64,000 nt of DNA from Lama guanicoe (GCA_013239625.1 MU054391.1:3873130-3937129), one strand, 5' to 3'. Counted from the first letter of the stretch, positions 1 through 13,610 are shown. The notes: generated by a model not told the origin, from the letters alone. Made by a program: numbers and translations.

Positions 1-240
1 CGAGACAGTGGGACTGGGCCCGGGGGGGCGGCCACTGACGAGCCCACAAAAGCGGGCGGCCAGAACGGCTTCCTCGCCCGGGAGGAGCGGAGGGGAGCAG
101 GGACAACCCCTCGTCTCCGGGACCGCAGCCTCGGGGGAGTCTTCTGTGCTGTGCCGGGCTCCGGCGCTCAAGCCTTCAATCTCTCGGTGACAACGCTCAG
201 CAAGAAGCCGTGTGGTGGAACACAGGCAGCTCCCTGGGTT
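1..240. promoter_or_regulatory. CpG/GC-rich patch at window edge (possible CpG island margin)
   Basis: Dense CpG and GC-box-like runs (GGGGGGCGG, GCGGGCGG) in the first ~200 bp; truncated by the window start. Confidence 0.4.
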
Positions 241-324
241 TGCCCAGGGGCACCTGGAGAGAGACGCAAAGCTGTAGGAGACCCTCCGCTGTCTTGCAGC
301 TCATTCTGGTAGCGACAGAACAAT

Positions 325-612
325 GGACTTATTTACAAAACAGAAACGGACTCAAAGGCATATGAAACAAACTATGGTCACCAGAAAGCGGGATGTGGCG
401 GGGAGGGATAAACGAGGAGTTTGGGAGCAGCAGATACAAACTACAATGTATGAAACAGATGAAAAACAACAACGTCCTACTGTAGAGCATAGGCAACTGT
501 AAAAACCTGTAATGGAAAACAACCTAAAAAGCATATACGTGTGTGTGTAACCAAGTCACTTTACTGTACACCTGAGACTAACGCAACACTGTAGATTGGC
601 CACACTTCAGAA
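325..612 (+). mobile_element. LINE-1 3' UTR fragment (Laurasiatherian type), 5'-truncated
   Basis: Characteristic L1 3' motifs ACTTATTTACAAAACAGAAAC..., GGAGGGATAAACGAGGAGTTTGGG..CAGATACAAACTA, GTCACTTTACTGTACACCTGAGACTAAC. Confidence 0.85.
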
Positions 613-1184
613 ACAGCGCAGTGCAGGTTGCCGGCGCCCTGACCCCTCCCGGGTCCCGGCACCCACAACGCAGGGGCGTCCAGTGACTCACGCAGACGTC
701 CTCTGAGGCTGGGGGACTCCACGTGGCTGTGCTGAGACTGCTCACGTGCGTGGGTTCTTTGCAGACAGGGTTGTTCATTTAAAGTCCAAACATCACGAAA
801 TATTAATAAGAAGTCAGAGTTTACCTCTCTTTGGGCACACATGAAAACCGCCTATTTCAGGAGTTGGAACTTGGGAATGCTGACATGCAGCTTAGCTCCC
901 TGTGGTAGGGTTTAAGTACAAGGTACACCCGTGAATAGAGGAGATAAAAGAAAGGAAGACACGGTGGGAGAGATGGAGTCTGGGGCCAGGTGCTCACCGG
1001 CCTTGACCTGTCATGTTCCCAGGCAGGACCTGGGACCCCAGGAAGCCAGTGCTGGGTGCAGGCTGGGACCACAACTGCTGTTTAGTGAGGGGCTCATTCT
1101 GAACACAAGCCACACTTCTTAAGGGTGCCCCCCACCCCCGCCCCTGACATCTGAAGCCAGTGAAGAAGACACAGGGATCATTTA

Positions 1185-1381
1185 CATATAAAATAAGCAA
1201 CAGGTTTATACTGCAGCGCACAGGGAACTATACGCAATATCTTGTGTAACTTATAGTGAAAAAGAATGAAAACAAATATATGTATGTTCATGTATGACTG
1301 AAGCATTGTGCTGTGCACCAGAAACTGACACAACTTTGTAAACTGATTGTACTTCATATATATATATAAAATTAAAAAAAT
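1185..1381 (+). mobile_element. LINE-1 3' end fragment with A-rich tail
   Basis: GCACAGGGAACTATACGCAATATCTTG...GCTGTGCACCAGAAACTGACACAAC...A-rich tail; similar to the copy at 14602-14886. Confidence 0.9.
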
Positions 1382-4199
1382 AGCAGAAAAGGTGGGTTAA
1401 TCCTTGGCCACCCTTCCACAAGCACAGAGCTCAAGGCTGTAAGCGATGGTACAGGTGGTGTAAGGGCTGTTTTGTGCAGAATCCTGACGCCAGTCCCACT
1501 TAAGCAAGACAAGGTTTTGACCTTAATCATCACAGACCGTCAAGGGCGTGGGAAGGAAAAGGGATGTCCTGGGGCTGAGTCCTTTGAGGCCTCCTCTCAG
1601 ACAAGCCCAGGGCGGTCAGGGACCCCCGCCCTGGGCAGTGCGCCTGCTCTGGTGGCCGTTAGGCCCAGCCCCCTCTCCCAGGCTTCCCGGAGGCCATTTC
1701 CCCTTCAACCGCGCTGCTCCCACTGCTCTGTGATGAAACGCTAATCAGCCCCGATTCTAAGTCGGAGGAGAGCTGTACGAGACGGTGGGGTCAGTGGTCA
1801 GTCTTACATCCATTTACTCATCCTTCAGTTGGGATCAGGGATTTCATGCCTTAACTGCAGAGCCGGATTTCTCATCTCTTCCCCCCGGGAAGAGCAAGCA
1901 CTGTGAATCTTGCTATGTGTTTATCAGAAAGACGCAGGACACCTGCCGTTGGACAGAATCGCTGTGGAGACCCTGAGCTGCCCTGGCGAGGGGACCGTGT
2001 GGGCCCGAGGGTCCTCCTGATGCCCCCCAGCAGGCCTGTGGGTAGAGGTAGACGTGGGCCCGCGTACAAGCAGCCCTGTTTACCGAACATGCCGCAGGTG
2101 AGAGTGGTGGACAACGGCACAGAAAGAGCTGGAGGTGGGTTTGGGGGGCAGGGTGAAGTCTCCATGAGTTCTGCGCTTCCAGTCATCTCCCCGGCTGTCC
2201 CCTCCCTTGGAGGTCACAGGGAAGAGCATGGGACCAGTGTTAACGCATGGGGGTGGGGGGGTGCTTCAGGCCTCCTCTGCCAGACAAGCCGTGGTCTCAC
2301 TCAGCTGCCCGACGGTTTGGTTGGGAGGGGCCACGAGGTTGGACTTGCCCTGGTGTCTTGTCCCGTGACAGTGTCCCCGGATGTGACAGCCCGTGTGAGG
2401 CAGAGACACCACATGACGTGCAGGCAGCACCGAGCCCACCACCGCGGGGAGTCGCAGCACCGAGCCCAAGCGCCCCTTGTCTGGGCTGCTGACATAGCCT
2501 GTTCACCTTCCTTTCTCACCAGAACTTGGAGGAAGTTCTCCAAAGGCAGCTTCAGGCAGATCAAACATCGATTTCTAACAATACCCAGGGTTTCTTTAAC
2601 TCAACATTTCTGAACATGACAAGAGGATTAGTTGAGAATGGGCAGACCCACACGGCAGAATGAGGGAAAGCCAGCACATCTGATTCACCCCGCACAACTT
2701 CAGGTACTATCTGTGCGGTGGTTCTAACGTGGATTTCCTCAGTTAAGTGTGACGAAGACGAGCATTCCTGTGCAGGCCTTTTCTAGGTTTACCTTAACCT
2801 CAGCCAAGCCCTGCCGGTCGGCTGCCAGAGGTGGCCTGCCCACGGCCCAGTGCCAATACGTGCTGGGCTGTAACTTCCTCCTATTATGTTCTTTCAAGAA
2901 TTTTTCAGGAAGTCCTTGATTTCTAATTTCAGTTCCTAAAATATAACCAGAAGCAGCTCATTCGTGCCAACTGCCTTGCTGTGAGAGCTTCCTCCCCTCC
3001 CTCTGCTCTGCCTTCCGCAGCTGACGACCTGCCGGGGTGAGGTGGGGGCGGGTGGGCTAAGCGCCTCTGTTTCCACTTGGTGCCCTGAGCCGGGCGTGTA
3101 TCTCTGTGTCTTTTACCGACAGCCCCTCCCTGACCCATTGTAAACCTTCTGTGTTTCTTGTGTTGTAAATACTGGTGGAGTTCTTTACAAATCTGTGGGG
3201 TTCAGTCTGTTTACACGTGTTGCTGTTTGAAGAGTAAGTTCAGTTCTGAAGTGATGGGGGAGTCATGTCCTCCCATCTTGAGACATTGACTACCTTCCTT
3301 GGTGGAAGCAGGTCAGGGCTTCAGTATTAACCAGTCCCTGCCTGTTGACGGATAACCTAGTCATTGACTGACTGGCTGTTTCCTCTGCACCCAGGTGGAG
3401 CACACACTGAGCTCGCTCCAAGTCTCATCACCCATCCAGGTGCTGGTCTGTGGGAGGCTGAAGCTGAACTCCCAGATGCCCACTTCACCTGTGAGCCTAG
3501 GCCGCCAGGGCACTCACAGGCCTCCCCAGCCGCCCGCAGGGCAGACGTCCTCGTCAGAAGGCAAGCCCGGAAGGAAGCCTTCACCCAGTCAAAGTGAGGG
3601 GAGGCGTCTCCTTCAGCCTCCACCACTCTGTCTTCTGGAAAGTGAGTGGATTTTATCAAAACACCAACCATACATTTTGAATGAAAACAGAAAATAAAAA
3701 CAGGCAATTATTCCAAGTAAAAGGACCACCATGGAGCTGCTGGCCGCAGACATTGCCTCGTGTTTGCCTTGTTCAGTACGGAGGACCCCAGGTGCCAGGA
3801 AACCTGGGTCTTTTCCCAGGAACTGTATGTGGTGGGGGCCCTGGGACACAGTCTGCTCCCTTGGCTCTACGGTTCTCTGCTTCTGAGCAGAGACGTAGCC
3901 AGGAATGCGCAGTTCTCGAATTACATCCTTTGGGTTTCCTTTTTGAAGTAGACGTTGGACATTGAGAAGACAGTGAGGCTGAAAATGGGGAGAAACTTGG
4001 AGGGAAAACATTTAAAGAAATAGTATGAAAAATGTCCAGCATAAAGTCCAAATAGCCTAAAGACTTGCACTGGATTTTGTGTGTGTGTTGAAGGTGGCTT
4101 GAAAGGAGCAGGCTGAATTAAGACAAAAGGAGCCCCCGTTTTCCTGTGCTGCTGAGACGAACAACGGTAAAGTAGAATGACAACGTACAGTGTTGAAGA

Positions 4200-4860
4200 G
4201 GCTGGGGGTTGAGGCACACTTGCACACGGATTGTGCGAGAATAACTTGTAACCTCTCTACAAACTGCATTAAAAGCTTTAAAAATGTTCACTGCTTTGAC
4301 CTGCTTCTATGGGTTTATATTAAGGACGTTATTAGCCAAGTGCCAAAATATGTCTACACAAGATGTTCATCTAAGTGTTTTTAAAAATAAAAACAACCAA
4401 AATTAATCAACTGGAATCTTAATTTAAGGCTGTGTAGCAAATAATCCTAGTATCACACCCATTTGATGGAGTGGCTCCACCACTGAAATAACAATGAACA
4501 GTATGTGAACATTATCATGAACACAGTGGTGGAATTATTACTGTGAAAACCTGCTAATGTATTACTGATAGCATACACAGCGTGATTTCATTGTGTAATA
4601 TAAACATGTATATTAAAAATCTATGGGAAGTGAAAAAGACAGGCTCCAAAAAAGGTTATGAGGAGATAAATGGTACCCCCACCCTCTCAACAATTGGGTT
4701 GATCGGTCAAATCAAGTTGACGTTAACACTGCCTTATTTCTGAAGAGACTGCATGGAATGCTTTCTGCTTTTTCTTTTTTTCCTTCTCTGTATTTTCTAT
4801 TTTCCCAAATAAGTCTGCATTATTTGTACACTAAAAGCAATAAAAGTTAAAATACAAGTA
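4200..4860 (+). mobile_element. Old LINE-1 (L1M-type) 3' fragment
   Basis: AAAAGCTTTAAAAATGTTCACTGCTTTGACC..., ACAAGATGTTCATC, terminal CTCTGTATTTTCTATTTTCC...GCATTATTTGTA typical of old L1 3' ends. Confidence 0.6.
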
Positions 4861-5659
4861 AGTAAAATGTCAACCTGAATTTGAACATCTTTTCCTTAAA
4901 AGAAGAAATCAACAGTTATTCGACCTTTATTTTAAAAGGGATTTCTTTGTAAACTGAAGGTTTTTCAGTTGAGGACCCTTTGAGTCTCCCTCCCAGTCCT
5001 TTCCCAGCTACTGTTGGGAGATGCCAGCCGCCATCTGTTCAAGTGTTGACCCAGATCATCGGGGAAGTGAAATTGTGCTTCAAGAAGAAGCACAGAGGAG
5101 AATTCTGAGACTTAAACTACAGTCAAAGCACAAAAAGCTGTTCCCGAGAGAAAACTTAGGGAGCTTGGGTTGTCGGTTTGCTTCCCTCCAGTTTGATTTG
5201 ACTTTTGTAGCTCCTCCTGAAAAGATGTGGTTGGTAAGCTGGACAGGATATATGTTCAAATGGCTTCAACTGTATTCTCCTGCTGTTAAGAAAACTGTCC
5301 TGTGTCCATGAGGAGACACATGAAGATGCGTGGAGTGCGACTCGATGCATTTAACACCTGTTCCGCCCTGAGTGTGAACTAATCAGAATGAACGCTGGTT
5401 GTTCAAAAAAAAAAAAAAACAAAATAGTGCTTGGGATCATAGTTGCATGCTGGCAGAATGCCAGGGGAACTCAGGTATGTCCACATGCCTCCCCACTGAA
5501 CCATTTGGTTTGGAAGAGCACTTGTTTTTTCTTTGTCGCAGCAGGAAGATCTGCAGTAATTCAGGACCTCTGCTAAGGCAACCCTTCACTTGGAATTCGG
5601 ATTAATTTCTACTCCTCATTCGCGTGGACCTTCTTCAGCTTGATGGCGATGGTCTGGTC

Positions 5660-5890
5660 CAGTTAAGAGCATCTTTGGATTCTGACCAAGAGCGTTTGAA
5701 CCTCGTTGCCGTCCTCATCAACTACATGTCCTTCGGCAAACTACTTCAACTTTAGAGGCTCAGTTTCCTCAACCACAAAATGGGGGTAATGTTATTTATC
5801 TTGCCCAGCTGTAGTGCAGTTGGGGTCATATAAGCCATGCAAGACGTCTGCGGGGCCAGCAAGATCATAGCTCGACAATAGCAGTTGTTC
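5660..5890 (+). mobile_element. MIR SINE
   Basis: MIR core GGCAAACTACTTCAAC..GGCTCAGTTTCCTCAACCACAAAATGGGGGTAAT. Confidence 0.75.
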
Positions 5891-6160
5891 TTATAAATAC
5901 CATGACTACCACAATGTTAAAACAAAGTTGGCTGTTAGACAAAAACCTGCTTCACATGAAGGCAGTTTCCGAATATAAAGTAGTCTGAAAAAACAAGCTA
6001 ATTCTGCAGCCAGTGCAAATATTAATTATCAGTCTAGCGAGAATCAGGTCACGATGCTGAATGTCAAAGTGCCAGAATGTCGCCTAGGTACCAGACAGGC
6101 GCACCTTGCAAATTTGTTGTTAAGGGGCCCCAGGAGCTGAGAGAGAGACGACAAAAGTCT

Positions 6161-6713
6161 GTGTGAAGAAGAAATTCTCACTGACTAAATCAAGCCTCTG
6201 CAGTTTTGTAAAAACCTGCTACTTTTGTTAGCTTTGCTTTAGAGTTTGTGATGGTGTCTGTATAATTGACTGTTTTCTACAGGTGAAAATTTACCCCTTC
6301 AAATCAGCTTTGGCAAAATGTTTCCATTTAAGTGACAAGATCTTATTGTGGACCTGAGACTAGAGACTTGGGAGGAGAAATTGAAATTTCTTTCTGAGTT
6401 TTAGTTCAACTCCCTAGAAATTTTGCAGCTGGCTCTGTCTTCAAAATCAATCCATTATACTGTGTTATCACGGGGAGAAGGTCAAGATTATTTGGTATTT
6501 TCGTATAAATATAGGAAAATTTAAGAGATTAAACCCAATGAGAAAGAAGTCAGGATTGTGTGTTGAAAAAGCCAATGTTTTTGAATTCAAATAAACCTGT
6601 ATTTGATTTCTAGTTTCAAACTGAGTATGTGACCTCAGGCTGTATAGGTAAGTCGTGGACTATTTTTCCTACCTGATGGTGTGAAGAAGAAATTCTCACT
6701 GACTAAATCAAGC
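6161..6713 (+). repeat. Exact 35-bp dispersed direct repeat (6161-6195 and 6679-6713)
   Basis: GTGTGAAGAAGAAATTCTCACTGACTAAATCAAGC read identically at both positions. Confidence 0.95.
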
Positions 6714-7719
6714 TACCTTTGGACTCGCTAAAGACAGGAAGGGGCTCATTTTTAAAACAGTGACTGAGCGAGAATCTGTTGCAGCAATGATCTGTGCAGG
6801 AGCCCTTCCACGTGGCCTGGCGTGTGACTCTCACGATAAACGTGCCCTCCCCAGGACGGCTTCTGAACTGAAATTTCTTCAGAGTGTTTGGCTGCTCCCT
6901 GGGTGCCTGGCAGTCCAGAATGAAAACCCTGCAGGGCTGCCCAGAATCTCACACTTCTGCTTCTTTTGTTAACAGGGGATCCAGTTCCTAAAGACAAAGC
7001 CCACATTTTAGGTAGGATGTAGGTGAGGGCAGTAGAGGCCACATCACGCTGTTTGGATGGACCTGCTCTGAGGAGCTGGGACCTGGGATCCATCCCCGCC
7101 CTACCTGGCGCGTGCTGCGGGACCTGCGGTGTGCTTGCAGAACGCCTTAGCAAGGCGCGCTTCCTTCCTGGTGAATCTCCTCATCTGCGGTCCTATCTGA
7201 GGTCCCCACCTGCTCCCCGATCCTACAGTTTCATACCCTCCATCTGCCCAAGCCTAGGATTGCATTCGAATGTCACCTGTTCAATAAAGAAATAACGAAG
7301 AAATAGCTAGTTGTAGCCTCTCCTGTACAAAAGCTTTCAGGTGCTTAGGAAGCTGGGCCCGTTCACACACTGGAGGAGATTCCTAGCGGGAGAGCGAAAC
7401 TCAGCTGAGGGCTCTGCCCTGGGTATCTTACGCTTCACACCTGTACCAATCGCTTACAGTTCCTCCCATGGTTAGCAAATACTAAAATCCTTCAATTGAG
7501 ACGCTTATGTTCCCTAACATTACTTCATATTATTTCATCATAATTAAGAAGCTCCGTTTATCTTCCAAAAGTTAACGCATAACTGTGTCTAATAACACGC
7601 CTTTACCTATACACTTGTGGCTAGAGGGATCTACTGCTCTTTTTCATGGAAAAGCTTCTTTTTAGTAATCAGCCTCTTGGTTCTAATGACATTGTATTTA
7701 TAACTCCCAAAACATATAA

Positions 7720-7960
7720 CAACGTCCAACACTTTTTTGGTGTACGTTTTGTGCCTGGACTCATCCTAAGATGCTTAACGCATTTCATCCTCATGAAAAA
7801 TCTACAAGCTTGGGAAGGCAGTGTTATTATCTCCATTTTATAGATGGGAAAACTGAGGCACTGAGAGATTATCTTGTCCAGTCATAGGCTTGTACGTAGT
7901 GGAAGACGTAATTGAGCCCAAGCAGGGTGAGTCCAGTAGGTGTGGAACCACCGCACTGTA
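7720..7960 (-). mobile_element. MIR SINE
   Basis: Reverse MIR core TTATTATCTCCATTTTATAGATGGGAAAACTGAGGCACTGAGAG. Confidence 0.85.
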
Positions 7961-8164
7961 TGGCTTTTCACACACACACACACAAAAATGGAGTTCATTT
8001 GGTTACAATGCACAGGCTTGGGAGCCAAGAGCCCCCGACTTCATCTTCACGTTCTCCCCTGGGGCAGCCCTAACAGCGGTTCTGTGCTGGCCCTCGGACC
8101 TTCCCTTTGTTCCAGCTACACCACTCTTTGGTGTTTTTCTGTAGTCCTGTTACTCTAAGCAGCT

Positions 8165-9140
8165 TCTATACTCCCCAATGTGTATCTGAGCCCCTCCCCT
8201 GAGCTCCAGCCTCTGCAGCTACCTACCTACTCGATACCTCTTGCTGGATATTTAACTGCATCACCACTCAGCACATCGAAAACCAGTCTCCTCATTCCTC
8301 CATCTCTAAGCCCAGAACTCCCTCCCCATCTTTGTAAACAACAATCTGTCTGTACAGTTGCCCAGTCCAAGCCCTGGGAAGTCAGTCACCTTGGACTCCT
8401 CGCCTTTTCTCACAGTTCATTTGATGCATCCCCCTGGACCCAGCTTCACAATAAATCCAGAATCTGGACCTCTCCCCATTTCCATTTCCACACCCTGACT
8501 CGTCATCTCTCGCGTGGAGTATTGCAGCTGCTCCAAAGTTGTCCCTGCTTCTCCTCTCGCCTCTGTAACCTGGCTCTTCCTAACATAGGACCCAGTGATC
8601 TCTTCCCGTGGAAGTCTCATCATCTCAGTCCTTTGCTCGCAACCTGATGTCTCCATCTCCCCTTAAATAAAGGCTGCAAGTCCTCCCTGACCTGACCCCC
8701 TGTGGCTCCGCGGGCCAGCTCCTCCACACCTGTCCGTCCAGCACCCCCGACGTCCTCCTTCCTCCCTGGACGTGCCGAGCAGGCGTCCACTCCAGTGTCT
8801 CTTCCGTGCTTCCTCTTTTGGATGCTCTGCCTTCAGATAGTCTCCTGGCTTCCTTCTCTCTTTCCCTCAGGTCTTTGCTAAAACACCACTGCACCAATAC
8901 CCGTGGGCACTCTAATTACACCCTCCCTCGCCTCTCCTGGAATTCCTTCTCCCTTACCCTGCTTTACTGTCCTTCAGAACGTTTAACACCATCTAGCATG
9001 CCTTGTCATTTTGATCATTCACTGTTACCCCCTCCCATGCACCCCCCACCAGGATGCTGTTTCATGAGGACAGGGGATTTATGTTGCCTTTGTTGTTGCC
9101 CAGAGAAGTCAGCTAATAAGTGTTTGTAGAATAAAATGAT
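8165..9140 (+). mobile_element. LINE-2 3' portion
   Basis: CCCCTGAGCTCCAG..., CTTCACAATAAATCCAGAATCTGGACC, CCCTCAGGTCTTTGCTAAAACACCAC, 3' end CATGAGGACAGGGGATTT...TAATAAGTGTTTGTAGAATAAAATG. Confidence 0.8.
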
Positions 9141-10249
9141 GGGTAACTCTCCTAGAAGCTTGCAGCCTTCGTGGAGCACCACCACCTGGGCTCAGCAGAG
9201 GGATGCAGGGACAGTGGGGCGGGAGCTGGGGTGTAAGGGAGGGAAGCAGGAGCCAGGTCAGGTCCGGCTGCTGAGCTGATGGCAGACCCCGAGGGCCAGG
9301 GTCTAAGCGACACTGTCCCAGTGTCGTAAGGGGGCTTAGTGGCTGAAACAGACTTTTGCTTGATCCACGCCAGCATCCAGGGAGATCTACTCCGAAAGGT
9401 GGGACACACGAGGTGACATTTGCAGTGAAGATAGCAAAAAGTTCCGTCTATTTGTAGCCAAAGGCCGTATGAGAATGGGGATGTGGAAAGAGCTGGGCGG
9501 GGAGCTGGGACTGAGCAGCAGGGCAGGGAGGAATCGCAGCAAGGCAGCAGGAATGGAGGGAGGGTCCCAGCGCAGCTGGGTCCACATGGGTCCACTCCCA
9601 CATGGGAGGTGTGGGGGTGCAGGAGGCGGCAGGCAGCACTGTGTCTACACAGACTGGACTCCAGGTCTGGGCAAACCCGTCTTCTGCTAAATGCAGACTC
9701 CCAGGCTCCCGGCGGCCGGGTCCTAGAGCTGCCTCCCTCGGGGGCTGGGATGCGGCAGGTGCTGGGAGGCGGCACCTGGAGCCGGCGAAGCTGGGGAAGG
9801 CAGGGCCGGTCGCTGCAGCGTAACAGGTTACCTTTCCGGAGGTTTCCGCAGCTTATGTTTATGGTGCTCGCCGTCTGTTCTTTTTGGGTTGTTTGTTTAA
9901 AGGAAGATTAAATAACCTCACACAACATCGTGCCACTTGAAAATAAAATGAATCTGAGGTTGTTTACCTCATTATCTCCTTGTGAAAACAAACGCCTCTG
10001 TCTCCTGCCCGCCTCTCCCAGGTGGGCCTGCCGTCAGAATTCTCCTGTTAGAGCAACCTTGCCACCGAGTGCACATCATCCTTTCTCGCATGCAGGTATC
10101 TTTCATGGCTCTTAGGGGCTCCTATAGCCCTTCTCTTCCAAGAAGCCTTCTCTGTGAATCTCAGGTCCCATTCGCTCTCCCCTGCGACCAGCCGGCAGCC
10201 CAGGCTACTGAAAATGGGACATATTTTTCCTTCCCGCGGTGCCCCAACT

Positions 10250-10420
10250 CACTCCTTGCTTATGTTTCTAGCGCGGATTTCTACTCTGAGCCCAGGCCAA
10301 CAGCTTAGTTGACACCTTCACTTGTATATCATTTCTAACTTCAAAATTAACATTTTGTCTCTTCAATCCTGGTGTATTTCAGTGTATGACACCGCTATCC
10401 ATCCTGGAATATGTCATCTG
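10250..10420 (+). mobile_element. LINE-2 fragment (degenerate)
   Basis: TATGTTTCTAGCGCGGATTTCTACTCTGAGCCCAGG...TTGACACCTTCACTTG resembles L2 internal sequence. Confidence 0.45.
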
Positions 10421-11089
10421 GGTTAGCTTCTGTTTCATCTTGAAAACTGTATAAAAGCCAGGTATGGTTTATGCTGGTTGGTTAGCAGGTGCAAGCACAT
10501 GGCATAGACTTAACCTGACAAGGTCAATAATACAACGCAAAATGCCATATTAACTTAGCCCCTGGCAAGGACGGTGGAAGGCCCCTCCCCTCTGCTCGGC
10601 CAGATTCCTGCCTTGTATGTGTCAGTGACTCACCTAGCCTGGCTACCAGAGAGATCTGTTTCCAGCAGCACCATGAGCCATGCTCCCTGAATGACCTTAC
10701 TGATGGAAATAATTAAGATGCCATCACTTTACAATTTTTAGAGATATTTTTCCTAGAAATATATAGAAAGCATCTTTTTAATTGCATCAATAATCCCTTA
10801 AGAAATCCTTTCTGAACTTCCCAGAGGCCAAATATAGTGTGAAAGATGGAGGTCAGAGAAGTGAATAGACCAATACTATAAACTGTCACCTGAGGACGTT
10901 TGCTAACAGGTTAAATGGAAGATTTTGTGTTCAAGGCCACACAAGCCAAAGCCTCAGCCAAGGTGGGAGGGCCAGGAGCTCTTCCCACCTAACCTGTGAT
11001 GGCCCGTAGCTTCATGCATTAACTGGAGTGAACCTACTCCCCAGTTAACTGCATTGAAGGCCACTTACACCAAGTTGGAGTTTCTGAAG

Positions 11090-13610
11090 GAGATAATAGA
11101 GAGAATGAGGGAAGAATCAATACTGAAGGATATAAGAACCTAAAATTTTCCACAATTGTTGAAAGAAATCAATCTTTAGATCCAGAAATCCCAATAAATC
11201 CCAAGACAGTAAGTACAAAGAAATCCTGACACAGACTCATTAAAATGGAAACCAGAAATAAATGAAAACAGAGGCAAAAAGAAGACCTTTAGAACAGAAA
11301 GAAAAGAAAGATTCCACTCACAAAAAGGACAGTTTGATCAAGATCTGATTTCTCAAAAGCCACAATGAAAGCTGAAAAATCATATTTTCAATATATGAAG
11401 AGGAAATAAATGACAAAGCAAAGTTATATACATATGCGTTATGTTATATATAATAGTATAGATAGTTATAATTATGTGTATTGCACAGTTATGTAATGAC
11501 CATAAATAATAATTATGTATTATAAATGTATTTTAAAATGAGGACCAAATAAATATTTCCTATTGATAGAAACTGACAATTTTCTTTCAACCAATACTAG
11601 AGAAATTTCTAAAACATGTATTTTGGGCAGAAGGAAAACTACCACTAAGGGAAAGTCTGAGAACCATGAAAGACTGAGCAAAGGAAGCAATGAATATGCA
11701 GAAGAATCTGAACAGTCAACAATTTTATCCTACAGCGGTTATGAAGTCTGTGATGTGAAAGAAACAAGAGAGAAACTGAAATCAATGAGAAAGACAAAGA
11801 CGTCAGAAAACAGGCTGTGGAAAGTAATGTTTTAAGATTTCTGTATTTTAACAAGGAAGGTAAAGTTACTTTAGGTGCTGAGAAGTTAGGTGTGTGTGTC
11901 AAATCGTCTACAGTAACCACTAAGAGAATAACGGGATGCATACCTTCCAAACCAGCAGAGGAGAAAAATGACAGACGGTGTGTGTAACCAATTAAAACTA
12001 AGATGAAGTGAATCAACACAAAGGACAAAATCAGGTGGAGAAGTAAGTACATATGCATGTGTGTATGTATATATGTGTGTAAAAATAATATAATTGAAAA
12101 TGAACTGACGTGTCCAATTAAAAGATAAAGATCGCCAGAGTTGCTTAAAATTGTTTCTTTGTATAGATATACATGTTACCTATATGAAGCATATCTGAAA
12201 CCAAACAATACAGAACTGCAAATCCTAACCCCAAAAAACCTATGATGGCTACATGAATGTCAGACACATTAGTCTTTAAGGCAGAAAGCAGTACATGAGG
12301 AAGACGTGCAATCTACTGAAACCGACTATGAAAATATAGAATTATATGATGTATTAAAAATTAAAGATATAAATATTCTGAAATTTATATGGAATAGTAG
12401 ATGGCTAAAAAAAAGTCAAGATATTGAAGAAGAACAGCATGGTAACTCTAGGGCAGGGGGATAATGGTGGTTCCCATATGAGACGTTGAGACTCCTAGCA
12501 GACCAGGGGGAGTGGGGCGTGGCTTCAGTGATGGACCAGTTCACCAGTGAGACAGAACAAAGATCCCCAAATCTCTGCTTAGTAATGGAAACCTGCCTTA
12601 TGGCTGCACAGTATTGTAAATACATAGGAAAAGGAGGACAAGTAGATGATAGGGCAACATCTTCATCACATTAGGGTATAATTTTTAATAAGATGTAAAA
12701 AGTGAAAAAAAAAGCTGCAAAAATCAAATTCCTTTAAAATTAAGAATCTCTCATCTACTAAATAAACCTTAAGAAAAGAGATTATGAATGTTGCAAACTG
12801 GAAGATGTTTTCCAAACATGTAATTGAACTGGGATCAATATGGGGAATGTATAAATGATTGCTACATGTCTACATGGATGACATAGAAGTCATAAAACAG
12901 GTGTTGAAAAATAATATTTTAAGATCTCTATATTTTAAAGAGGAAGATAAATTTATTTTGAAAAAACATGAACAGCCTAATAAAAAAAGAGACAAATTGT
13001 GAAGACACACTTCACAGAAAAAGAAATTCGAATGGCCAGTAACATATGAAAAAAGTACTCAATTTCATTAATCAGAGAAATGGACGTTAAATACATGTTA
13101 CTGGACCTTCAAGATTGGCAATGATTTTAAAGAATGCCAAAATCAAGTGCTGACAAAAATGTGGACTAATTGGAATTACTTGAATACTACTGGTAATTCC
13201 ATAAATTGGTAAAAATGTTTTGGGAAATAATGAACATTATCTAGTGTAGTCAAAGATAAAACTAGCATATGATCCAGGAGTTGTACACCTAGACATATGC
13301 CACCAGAAAGAGATACACTGATACACCTTGTGAAATGTTTAAGAACATGGCAAAGTGACGAAAGTGACCCAAATCCTTTACAGAAGAGCAGCGAAATATT
13401 CACAAAATTGAATATTAGGCAGTGATGGAAATGGATTGCAACTATACTCAAGAAATTAATAAATCTTAGGATCAAAATTTTAAATAAAAAAACCAAGCTG
13501 CTGAAAAATACATGCAGTGTAATTTTATTTACATGAAGTCCAATATTGTGTTTGACTAAGTATTAATTTTGAGGAATAAAAATCAATGTGGCAAAGATGT
13601 AAACAAGCAC
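11090..13610 (+). mobile_element. Old LINE-1, internally deleted (ORF1 C-terminus, ORF2 remnants, 3' end)
   Basis: A-rich strand; ORF1-like AAAATTTTCCACAATTG..AAAGAAATCAATCTTTAGATCCAGAAATCCC; ORF2 3' motifs GACACACTTCACAGAAAAAGAAATTCGAATGGCCAGTAACATATGAAAAA; no intact ORF. Confidence 0.8.

Noticed and set aside
1903..2613. Longest ORF (236 aa, +)
   Set aside because: Non-ATG start, Gly/Arg/Pro-biased composition expected from GC-rich DNA, overlapping ORFs in several frames, no recognisable domain.
6161..6713. 35-bp repeat as a CRISPR direct repeat
   Set aside because: Only two copies, 483-bp gap, no cas genes, mammalian context.
9152..9775. 207-aa minus-strand ORF
   Set aside because: Low-complexity Pro/Ser/Cys translation of G-rich sequence; no family similarity.
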